From a virus, in IMG/VR virus record IMGVR_UViG_3300042879_003994, positions 1 through 64,000 of that record: 64,000 nucleotides of DNA. One strand, written 5' to 3'. A program made the position numbers and the translations under genes. This document shows positions 38,254 to 46,861 of this stretch, one piece after another (the first letter of the stretch is position 1; each line of letters opens with the position of its first letter). The notes beneath the pieces were generated by a model. That model did not search any database. It saw only the letters and a list, made by a program, of their open reading frames with translations, and was not told the DNA's origin.

Positions 38254-39058
38254 TCTTTTTGGTGGAACAGGTTTTGTAGGTAGTAATTTTTATAGTCTAT
38301 ATAAATCAGATACATATATTCATCCTAGAGAACATAACGTTCCTTTCTATAAGAATATATTATATATGATTAGCACAACTGATAACTATAATGTTCTTGA
38401 AGATCCATATAAAGATATAAATGTTAATTTAACTAAACTGATTAATGTATTAGAAAATTGTAAAAATAAGGATATTGTTTTTAATTTTGTGAGTTCTTGG
38501 TTTGTTTATGGAGATGTAGAGCTTCCGGCTAAAGAAAGTTATTGCTGCAATCCCAAGGGCTTCTATTCAATTACAAAAAAATGTGCAGAAGATTTACTTA
38601 TAAGTTATTGTAAAACATTTAATATAAGATATAGAATACTACGGCTGGCAAATGTATACGGAAACAAAGACTGCGGTGTCTCAAAAAAAAAGAATGCTCT
38701 AACATATTTAATTAATCAGATAAAAGATAATCAAAATATTAATTTATATTTTAATGGAAAATTTATAAGAGATTACATTCATGTCGAAGATGCCTGTAGA
38801 GCTATAAAGCTTTGTATTGATAAAGGAAGTCTAGATGAAATATATAATATTGGAAATGGCGAACCTTTAATATTTAAAGATATTATAGACTATACTATTA
38901 AACAAACTAATTCAAAATCAACAATAACTGCCATAGATCAACCAGAATTTCATAAGATTGTACAGGTTAAAGACATGTATTTAGACAATGAAAAGATTAA
39001 AAAATTAGGATTTAAAAAAGAGATTGACATTTATCAAGGAGTTGATAGACTTATATAA
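38237..39058 (+). CDS. NAD-dependent epimerase/reductase (SDR)
   Basis: GGTGFVG, YSITK and RDYIHVED motifs; start moved to ATG 38237. Confidence 0.85.
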   Translation: MIPKIDLFGGTGFVGSNFYSLYKSDTYIHPREHNVPFYKNILYMISTTDNYNVLEDPYKDINVNLTKLINVLENCKNKDIVFNFVSSWFVYGDVELPAKESYCCNPKGFYSITKKCAEDLLISYCKTFNIRYRILRLANVYGNKDCGVSKKKNALTYLINQIKDNQNINLYFNGKFIRDYIHVEDACRAIKLCIDKGSLDEIYNIGNGEPLIFKDIIDYTIKQTNSKSTITAIDQPEFHKIVQVKDMYLDNEKIKKLGFKKEIDIYQGVDRLI

Positions 39059-39396
39059 TGTCCAAACATAAGCTTTGTCAGTTGATAGTAAAAAAATTTA
39101 TAAGAGGTAATATTAATTGGGCAAGAGAAATAAAAATTGCACAGAAATTAATTAAAAAGTTTAATTGTTTTGAATTCTGGAATAATTTAAAAGAATTAGG
39201 TAGTCCGCCTCCTTCATTAGCTTGGTTTCTTAAACCAGAAGGCAAAGCATTTCTTTTAAAAGAATATGAAGCATTTAAATTAAATTTAAATAAAGAAGAA
39301 GTTATATTAAGCAAAAATAAAATCGGAGAAGATAAAAATGTTTGTCAAAAGCCTAAAACTTTGGTACAATTTATAAGATATGGGAAGAAAACCTAA
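39058..39396 (+). CDS. Hypothetical protein heading the recombination operon
   Basis: TTGACA-16-TAGACT-6-ATG upstream. Confidence 0.65.
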   Translation: MSKHKLCQLIVKKFIRGNINWAREIKIAQKLIKKFNCFEFWNNLKELGSPPPSLAWFLKPEGKAFLLKEYEAFKLNLNKEEVILSKNKIGEDKNVCQKPKTLVQFIRYGKKT

Positions 39397-40522
39397 AGAA
39401 GAAGCCGTCCAATCTACTGGTCCATCTGCATCAGATAGATTATTATCCTTTTTAAAAGACAATAAAGAAGATCATTATAATTTTGAAGACGAGATTTATT
39501 ATAAAGTATCTACAGGCAGTTTAAACCTTGATATTGCTACTAGCGGAGGACTATGTCCTGGATTACATAGATTTATTGGTATGAATGAAGGTGGTAAAAC
39601 TTCTGAAGCATTAGAAGTTGCTAAAAATTTTCTAAAAACAGTAGAAAGTTCTAGAGCGTTGCTTTTTAAAGCAGAAGGCCGACTCAGTAAAGAAATAAAA
39701 GAAAGGTCTGGAATTAAATTTGTAACTGACCCTAAAGAATGGGTTGATGGGACCTGTTTCGTTTTTGAATGTAATGTATTTGAGACAGTATCGGAATTGA
39801 TGAAAGACTTGATTCAATCCAATGATGAAAGTAAAAGATATATTTTTATACTTGATTCAGTTGATGGTCTTATCACCAAAGGCGATAAGGAAAAAACTTT
39901 AAGTGAAGCAACAAAAGTAGCTGGTGGAGCAGTTATATCTTCTATGCTTATGAAAAAAATCTCACTTGCATTGTCCAAACGTGGTCATATGGCAATCTTT
40001 ATTAGTCAAGTTCGCTCCGACATTAAACTTGACCCATATGCAGCTAACAAAGAAGTTAGGCAGACCACGGCAACAGGCGGTAATGCTTTATTGCATTTTG
40101 CGAACTGGATTCTTGAATTTGAACCAAGATATAATAAAGACCTTATTCTTGAGAAGCCAAATGAAAAGTACGATCCAGTAAAGAATAAAATTATCGGTCA
40201 TAATGTAAAGATCGCTATTAAAAAATCCACAAATGAATCAACAAATTCAAAGATTCAGTATCCCATAAAATATGGTCGTAAAGAAGGTTCTTCAGTATGG
40301 AAAGAATACGAAATAATAGATCAAATTTTGGCTTGGGAATTTGCTACAGCAAAAGGAGCTTGGGTAACCTTTTCTGATGAGATCATAGAAGAACTTAAGA
40401 AATCCAATATAGAATTAAAGAAGCAACATCAAGGGATAGATAATCTCAGATTGTATCTGGAAGAAAATAAACCAATTACAGACTATTTCTATACTAAATT
40501 TATTAATACTCTTGCATCATGA
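39380..40522 (+). CDS. RecA/UvsX-like recombinase
   Basis: STGSL.LDIA, GMNEGGKT Walker A, ILDSV Walker B, FISQVR, TGGNAL and GAW motifs. Confidence 0.9.
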   Translation: MGRKPKEEAVQSTGPSASDRLLSFLKDNKEDHYNFEDEIYYKVSTGSLNLDIATSGGLCPGLHRFIGMNEGGKTSEALEVAKNFLKTVESSRALLFKAEGRLSKEIKERSGIKFVTDPKEWVDGTCFVFECNVFETVSELMKDLIQSNDESKRYIFILDSVDGLITKGDKEKTLSEATKVAGGAVISSMLMKKISLALSKRGHMAIFISQVRSDIKLDPYAANKEVRQTTATGGNALLHFANWILEFEPRYNKDLILEKPNEKYDPVKNKIIGHNVKIAIKKSTNESTNSKIQYPIKYGRKEGSSVWKEYEIIDQILAWEFATAKGAWVTFSDEIIEELKKSNIELKKQHQGIDNLRLYLEENKPITDYFYTKFINTLAS

Positions 40523-40938
40523 GATTGTTAAATATTAACGGCAAACTCGTTAATAAAAATGTAAGAAATTATCTTGTAGATTGGGAAGGTAAAAGTCGCA
40601 GTAAACTACAATTTAAATTTAAACAATTCTTCTATCCATATTGGAAAAATCATATTGTTTATGAAGAATTTCCAGTTTACGGAACAATGCTTAAGGTTGA
40701 TATATTAAATGCAACAAAAAGAATAGCAGTTGAGATACAAGGAAATCAACACGAATCATTTAATCAATTTTTTCACGATAATTCTAGACTTAAATATCTT
40801 CAAAGTATAAAAAGAGATGTAAAGAAAGAAAAATGGCTAGAAATGAATAATTTTAAGTTTTTAGAATTGTATGAAAATGATTTAAAAAATTTATCACCAC
40901 AATATATAGAAGAAAAGTGCGGAATTTTAATTATTTAA
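40519..40938 (+). CDS. DUF559/Vsr-like endonuclease
   Basis: VD......IAVEIQG.QH and RD..K motifs. Confidence 0.75.
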   Translation: MRLLNINGKLVNKNVRNYLVDWEGKSRSKLQFKFKQFFYPYWKNHIVYEEFPVYGTMLKVDILNATKRIAVEIQGNQHESFNQFFHDNSRLKYLQSIKRDVKKEKWLEMNNFKFLELYENDLKNLSPQYIEEKCGILII

Positions 40939-40953
40939 GTGTAAAAGTTTTTG

Positions 40954-41229
40954 GTGACAAATAAAAGAAAAAGTTTTAAAATACCAGATTCTCTCTTAAA
41001 ACAAATTGACGAATGCAGTTTTGGTGGATATATACTTTTTAACTTTTCTAGTAAAGGTGAGCCTCAAGTCTTTACAAAATTTGATAATCAAATAAATGCT
41101 ATGGCACTTTTATACTATGTAAATACTTGGAGTCAAAGCGTAGATCAACTAAATCTAGAAGCTACCACAGATCAGATAGCAAGAACCAATCAAGAAGACG
41201 ATTTTGATAATCCAGAAGACAAAGATTAA
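40954..41229 (+). CDS. Hypothetical protein with acidic tail
   Basis: ORF with GTGTAA 9 nt before the GTG. Confidence 0.6.
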   Translation: MTNKRKSFKIPDSLLKQIDECSFGGYILFNFSSKGEPQVFTKFDNQINAMALLYYVNTWSQSVDQLNLEATTDQIARTNQEDDFDNPEDKD

Positions 41230-41270
41230 AACTTGACTTTTATTTTTTGTTTTGGTATTATATATATTGG

Positions 41271-42755
41271 ATGATTTACTCCTTACAAGTAGAAAGACAC
41301 GTATTAAGCGGCTTACTTAAACATCAAGATCTTTTCGCAGATATTGATGTATTTTTAACCGAGAATGACTTCTATAATGATGTTCATTCTTCTATATATA
41401 CCGTCTTTAAAAATATTAAACATAAAGGTGAAAACGTAGACAAAGTATTGTTAGCAGAAAAGATTAAAAACCTTGGAATTACATTTAAGGATGAAATTAA
41501 TATTTTTGATTATATTGATAATTTAAGCTTCTCTCAAATTACGGAGGAAGCCACAGTAAATGCTTGTAAGGAATTAATTAAATTAAGGATTCGTAGAGAA
41601 ATATCTCAAACAGCAGATAAATTAAAAGATTATGTTAATAAAAACTCAGAGGACTCTGTAGATCAGATTATTGGTAAAATAGATCAAATCTATAATAAAA
41701 AAATATCGGCATATTCAGAAAATGATATGCCTATTAATATTTTTGCCGAGGTCGAAGATCTTGTAGAAGAGATAGGAAATGCACCAAAGGATGATACAGG
41801 ATTAATAACTCCCTATTCTGAATTTAACAGAATGTATGGTGGACTAAAGAATGGAAATATTTACGCTATTGCAAGTCGTCCAGGCCAAGGAAAATCTACG
41901 TGGCTAAATGATATATGTTTTAAAACTTCTATTAACCCTAAGAACAAAACCAAAACTTTAATTCTCGATACTGAAATGCAAACAGTAGATATTCAATTAA
42001 GAATGGTTGCATCATTAACTGATGTACCCGTTTGGTATCTTGAAACTGGTAATTGGCGTAAAAATGAAGAGATGACAAAGAAGGTTAGAGCTGCTTGGGC
42101 AAAAGTCAAAACGTATGAGTATTTTCATTATCATGTAGGTAATAAAAATATTGACCAAGTATGTTCTATCATTCGTAGATGGTATCTTTCTAAAGTCGGT
42201 CGTGGAAATCAAGCGATGATAGCATATGATTATATTAAATTAACTGGGGAAAAAGTTAGCCAAAATTGGGCAGAGCATCAAGCGATTGGTGAAAAAATTG
42301 ATAAACTTAAAAGAATCTCAGAGGAAATTCATTGTCCAATTATTACAGCGATGCAGTTGAATAGAACAGGAGAAAATTTTAATCGTAATTCAAATAATGT
42401 AGTTGATGATAGTTCAGTTATTTCACTATCCGATAGACTACAATGGTTTGCATCGTTTGTTGCAATATTTAGAAGAAAAACTCTTGATGAGGTCACTTTA
42501 GACGGACAAGCATTTGGAACTCATAAATTAATTCCAACTAAGACTAGGTTTCAAGGAAAGGATGCTGCTGGTCATCAAGACTTGGTAAGAAGATTAGACT
42601 CTGCTGGCAAAGAGATCTGGGCTCAAAATTATCTTAATTATCAAGTAACAAATTTTAATATTGAGGAACGAGGCTCCTTAAGAGATGTCGCTGAAAGGCA
42701 AAGAGAACAGTACGAACTCACCGATCAAAATGCAAACGATGGAGAACTATTATGA
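41271..42755 (+). CDS. dnaB: Replicative DNA helicase
   Basis: SRPGQGKS, DTEM, YDYIK, QLNR and KTR motifs; start moved to ATG 41271. Confidence 0.92.
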   Translation: MIYSLQVERHVLSGLLKHQDLFADIDVFLTENDFYNDVHSSIYTVFKNIKHKGENVDKVLLAEKIKNLGITFKDEINIFDYIDNLSFSQITEEATVNACKELIKLRIRREISQTADKLKDYVNKNSEDSVDQIIGKIDQIYNKKISAYSENDMPINIFAEVEDLVEEIGNAPKDDTGLITPYSEFNRMYGGLKNGNIYAIASRPGQGKSTWLNDICFKTSINPKNKTKTLILDTEMQTVDIQLRMVASLTDVPVWYLETGNWRKNEEMTKKVRAAWAKVKTYEYFHYHVGNKNIDQVCSIIRRWYLSKVGRGNQAMIAYDYIKLTGEKVSQNWAEHQAIGEKIDKLKRISEEIHCPIITAMQLNRTGENFNRNSNNVVDDSSVISLSDRLQWFASFVAIFRRKTLDEVTLDGQAFGTHKLIPTKTRFQGKDAAGHQDLVRRLDSAGKEIWAQNYLNYQVTNFNIEERGSLRDVAERQREQYELTDQNANDGELL

Positions 42756-43408
42756 ATGTAGAATTAATATCAATTACAAAACCAGAGATTAAAGGAATAA
42801 AAAATGCAGAAGATCTAGTAGCTTATTGCGCTAGAGTAAGTAATCCCTCTAATCAAATGAATATAGAGACTGCACCAAAATTATTAAGATTCCTAATAAA
42901 ACACAAACATTGGAGTCCATTTGAACTAGTAGACATGTGCGTAGAAATAAAAACTAGTAGAGCTATCGCAGCTCAGATCTTACGTCACAGATCTTTCTCA
43001 TTTCAAGAATTTAGTCAAAGGTATAGTCTTGCTAATGAATACGAAGATGTTGAATTAAGATTACAAGGAGATAAAAATAGACAAGTTGGAGAAAAATTAT
43101 TGCCAACAGGTACAGAAGCTTATGATAAGATTAATGAACTCTTAATAGAATCTTTATCAATATCACAACATTGTTATGAAACCATGATAGAAAATGGCGT
43201 AGCAAAAGAAGTCGCTAGAATGATACTACCTTTAACTACCCAAACCACAATGTATATGAAAGGATCTCTAAGAAGTTGGATTCATTATATCGAATTAAGA
43301 ACCGAACAAAATACTCAGAAAGAACACAGAGAAATTGCCGAAAGATGCAAGAAAATATTTGTGAAAGAGTTCCCTACTATAAGTGAGGCTTTGGAATGGA
43401 ACAAGTAA
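42752..43408 (+). CDS. thyX: Flavin-dependent thymidylate synthase
   Basis: HWSPFE, RHRSFSFQEFSQRY, EVARMILP and Q.EHR motifs. Confidence 0.95.
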   Translation: MNVELISITKPEIKGIKNAEDLVAYCARVSNPSNQMNIETAPKLLRFLIKHKHWSPFELVDMCVEIKTSRAIAAQILRHRSFSFQEFSQRYSLANEYEDVELRLQGDKNRQVGEKLLPTGTEAYDKINELLIESLSISQHCYETMIENGVAKEVARMILPLTTQTTMYMKGSLRSWIHYIELRTEQNTQKEHREIAERCKKIFVKEFPTISEALEWNK

Positions 43409-44301
43409 ATGTTTATCAAATCTTGACTGATCTTGGCTATAAGCTAAAAGACTATGGCAAGGAGTTTAGAGCGAAACCACTATATAGAGATAGTGATAAT
43501 GATACAGTTCTAAAAATCTACAAAGATACAGGTCATTGGTTTGACTTTAAGGAAAATATAAGTGGAGACTTTAGCTCGCTTGTTGGAATGACTTTAAAGA
43601 TAGAAGACCCAGATAAGGCAAAAGAATGGCTTAAGAATAAAAATTTTACGTTTCATCAGCCTCAAGAACATTTAAAACCACTTTTAAAATCATCAAAGAA
43701 ATTTGATTTGAATTTATTATCTAATCTAGAGAAGAATCATTCATATTGGAATAGTAGGGGCATAGACACAGACACCTTAATAAGGTTTAAAGGCGGAATA
43801 GGTAAAGCTGGAAAGATGAAAAATAGATATGTATTCCCAATATTTGATATTAAAAATAATATTATAGGATTTTCTGGTAGAGATATCACTAATCTTTCTA
43901 AGATAAAATGGAAACATCTAGGAGAAAAGAATGACTTTCTTTATCCTTTATTCTTAAACTCCAAGGCGATAGAATATCAGAAAGAAGTCATCCTTGTGGA
44001 GAGTATTGGTGACATGCTAAACCTATATCAATCTGGCGTTGAAAATACTCTAGTAACATTTGGAACAACAATTAGTTTATCAATTTTAAATTATTGCTTA
44101 AAGATTGATCCTAAGAAAATATATATTAGCCTAAATAATGATTCGAATAAAAACAATGCCGGTAATATTGGGGCAGAAAAAGGTTATGCAAAATTAAAAA
44201 GATATTTTGATGATAAACAATTACAAATATCTTTGCCAACAAAAAAAGACTTTGGTGAAATGACTAAAGAAGAAATATTACAATGGAAAGCAAATCTTTA
44301 A
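43396..44301 (+). CDS. dnaG: DnaG-like primase with degenerate zinc-binding domain
   Basis: RYVFPI, GFSGR, TOPRIM LVESIGD and KDFGE motifs. Confidence 0.82.
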   Translation: MEQVNVYQILTDLGYKLKDYGKEFRAKPLYRDSDNDTVLKIYKDTGHWFDFKENISGDFSSLVGMTLKIEDPDKAKEWLKNKNFTFHQPQEHLKPLLKSSKKFDLNLLSNLEKNHSYWNSRGIDTDTLIRFKGGIGKAGKMKNRYVFPIFDIKNNIIGFSGRDITNLSKIKWKHLGEKNDFLYPLFLNSKAIEYQKEVILVESIGDMLNLYQSGVENTLVTFGTTISLSILNYCLKIDPKKIYISLNNDSNKNNAGNIGAEKGYAKLKRYFDDKQLQISLPTKKDFGEMTKEEILQWKANL

Positions 44302-45227
44302 AAGTATTATCTGCATCTAGAATTAAGACTTTAGAGACTTGCTCTTGGGTTTATTGGAATAATTACCATGCCAAAATACCCCAGAGTCAAAATGATGGAG
44401 CCTTAAGAGGAACTATTTGTCATACTATATTTGAGCTACTTTTAAATCCAAGACATAAAGCTCACTATGATCAAATTATAAAAAGTAATTCAATTAGTGG
44501 CAGTAAAGCTATAACAAGATTAGTAAAAAAATTAAAATCTAAGGTTGGTTTAGATGCTTCTAATTTTGAGATTTTAGATCAGATGATTATGGTAGGTTTA
44601 AAACATGATTTTTTTGGTGAAAAAGATGGTAAAATTGTATCTCCCGAATACGCCTTTGAAATTAAGAATGATGAGCCAAAATATCATATCAAGGGCTTTA
44701 TTGATAAGCCTATTAAATCAAAGAATAAAATGGTTATAATTGACTATAAAAGCTCTAAAGCTAAGTTTAGGGGAGATGACTTAGAAGCAAATATTCAGGC
44801 TATGATGTATAGTTTAGCAAGTAAAAAACTCTGGCCTAAATTGAAACCTATTATAAGATTTTTATTCTTGAGGTTCCCAAAACAACCCATACAAGAACTC
44901 GAATTTACAGATGATCAAATCAAGGGGTTTGAATATTATCTTGAACATATTAATGATTATATTAATAAATTTGATGAAGACTCAGCTAAAGCAAATTTTG
45001 CGATAGATAATGATAAAAACAAGTGGATGTGTGGGATAGGCAACTGGAGATGTCCATATAGAGATTCTTATGAATATTATGTAAAATTAAATGAAAAGGG
45101 TGAAGCTATAGAATCTAGTCTGACTAGTGATTTTAAAAATACCGAAGGATACACGATAGAGAAAAGAAAATATTATGGTTGTCCCAAATTTAATACTCAA
45201 AAAACTAAAGATGACTTTTTAGATTGA
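44283..45227 (+). CDS. PD-(D/E)XK exonuclease, Cas4/RecB-like
   Basis: LSAS, GT..H, GFID, IIDYKS, Q...Y and C-terminal cysteines. Confidence 0.82.
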   Translation: MESKSLKVLSASRIKTLETCSWVYWNNYHAKIPQSQNDGALRGTICHTIFELLLNPRHKAHYDQIIKSNSISGSKAITRLVKKLKSKVGLDASNFEILDQMIMVGLKHDFFGEKDGKIVSPEYAFEIKNDEPKYHIKGFIDKPIKSKNKMVIIDYKSSKAKFRGDDLEANIQAMMYSLASKKLWPKLKPIIRFLFLRFPKQPIQELEFTDDQIKGFEYYLEHINDYINKFDEDSAKANFAIDNDKNKWMCGIGNWRCPYRDSYEYYVKLNEKGEAIESSLTSDFKNTEGYTIEKRKYYGCPKFNTQKTKDDFLD

Positions 45228-45259
45228 TTCTTGAAGATAAGTGTGTTATACTTAAGAAA

Positions 45260-46006
45260 ATGATACCTTTATTTAAATCTCACTATTCTCTAGGAAGATC
45301 AATTTTGACTTTAGAAGATAAGAGTGAAGTAGATGACTACCCAGACTCAATAATTCAAATAGCTAAAGAGAATAAATTAAAAGAGATATATTTAGTAGAG
45401 GATAACATGTCTTCTTTCTTAGAAGCTTATACCAATACAAAATCTAACAATATTAAGTTAAATTATGGATTAAGACTTTCAGTTACCGAATCAATGAATG
45501 ATAAGACAGATGAATCTAGACAAAAAACATCTAAAATTGTAATATTTTTTAAGAATAAAAAAGGTCATGAGTCCTTGACTAAACTATTTAGTATAGCAGC
45601 GAAAACTGGATTCTATTATGAACCAAGACTAGATTACGAGACTATTCAGAAGAATTGGTCTGATAATTTAATATTATGTATACCTTTCTACGATTCTTTT
45701 ATATTTAATAATACTTTAAGAAATTCTATATGCATTCCACAGTTTAATTTTACTAAACCAGTAGCTTTTGTAGAAGAAAATGATTTGCCATTTGATTCTA
45801 TCGTTCATAATAAAATGCAGAAATATGCCGAACAAAATAATCTAGAGATCTATAAGACTAAAAGTATTTACTATAAGAAAAAGAAAGATTTTAAAACATA
45901 TTTAACATTTCGTTGTATTAATAATAGAAGCATACTAAATAAGCCAGAACTTGAGCACATGTCTAGTAATGATTTCTGTTTTGAAAGTTACTTGGAGAAA
46001 AAATAA
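45260..46006 (+). CDS. Stand-alone degenerate PHP domain of DNA polymerase III alpha
   Basis: KSHYSLGRS, F.KN..G...L..L.S and FYYEPRLD motifs; start moved to ATG 45260. Confidence 0.75.
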   Translation: MIPLFKSHYSLGRSILTLEDKSEVDDYPDSIIQIAKENKLKEIYLVEDNMSSFLEAYTNTKSNNIKLNYGLRLSVTESMNDKTDESRQKTSKIVIFFKNKKGHESLTKLFSIAAKTGFYYEPRLDYETIQKNWSDNLILCIPFYDSFIFNNTLRNSICIPQFNFTKPVAFVEENDLPFDSIVHNKMQKYAEQNNLEIYKTKSIYYKKKKDFKTYLTFRCINNRSILNKPELEHMSSNDFCFESYLEKK

Positions 46007-46644
46007 TGGACGAACACCTTTTAAGATATGATAAGAAAAAGAATCTCGTATTTATTGATTGCGAGACATTTAATCTCTGTTTAAACTTTTGCCATAATTT
46101 ACCTTGGCAAATTGCTATGATAAAAGTTAAGGGCGATCAAAAGATTGATGAAAAGAATTTTTATCTTAAATGGCAAACTGATTTAAAAATTAGCCAAGAC
46201 GCAGCAAGAATTACTAGATACGATCATAAGAAAGTTCAAAAAGAAGGACATGATCCAAAAGAAATATTTCCAACTATTAAAGATTGGTTAGACCATGCAG
46301 ACTATATTATAGGTCACAATACTATTGGATTTGATATTTACTTAATAAAAGAGTATTATAAATTTATGGGATGCAACTGGAGTCATTTAGTCAGTAAATT
46401 TATTGATACAAATACAATAGCTAGGGGTATAAAATACGGAATACCTTATAGCCCAAAAGAAAGTTTAATTGAGTATCAATATAAAATATACCATACAAAA
46501 AGAAAAAATGTAAAGAGTTCTCTAACTACTCTAGGTAAAGAGAATGGAATCGATCATGATTACGATAGACTTCATGATGCAATAAACGATCTTGACTTAA
46601 ATATAAAAGTATGGAATAAATTGAAATGGCAAATAGAGGTATAA
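46006..46644 (+). CDS. DEDDh 3'-5' exonuclease (DnaQ/epsilon-like)
   Basis: IDCET, GHN..GFD and HDAIND motifs. Confidence 0.88.
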   Translation: MDEHLLRYDKKKNLVFIDCETFNLCLNFCHNLPWQIAMIKVKGDQKIDEKNFYLKWQTDLKISQDAARITRYDHKKVQKEGHDPKEIFPTIKDWLDHADYIIGHNTIGFDIYLIKEYYKFMGCNWSHLVSKFIDTNTIARGIKYGIPYSPKESLIEYQYKIYHTKRKNVKSSLTTLGKENGIDHDYDRLHDAINDLDLNIKVWNKLKWQIEV

Positions 46645-46645
46645 C

Positions 46646-46861
46646 ATGGCTTCATTAGACGATATTTATGATATGATTCAAAAATTAGACGACTCTAATA
46701 TTGAGTATCTTTTGATTACAGTACAGAAAGGTAAAAAGATCGGTAAAGCTGATGTATTTTATTCTTTAAAAGATAGAAATTCTATGAAAATCTTAACAGA
46801 AGGACTAAATAGATTTACAAAAGAAGTTGATAGACTAGACGATGAAGGCAAATTTGAATAA
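46646..46861 (+). CDS. Hypothetical protein
   Basis: 71-aa ORF within the operon. Confidence 0.6.
   Translation: MASLDDIYDMIQKLDDSNIEYLLITVQKGKKIGKADVFYSLKDRNSMKILTEGLNRFTKEVDRLDDEGKFE

Noticed and set aside
44283-45227. CRISPR-associated Cas4
   Set aside because: It sits in the replication operon with no cas1, cas2 or array; stand-alone Cas4/RecB-like nucleases are common in phages
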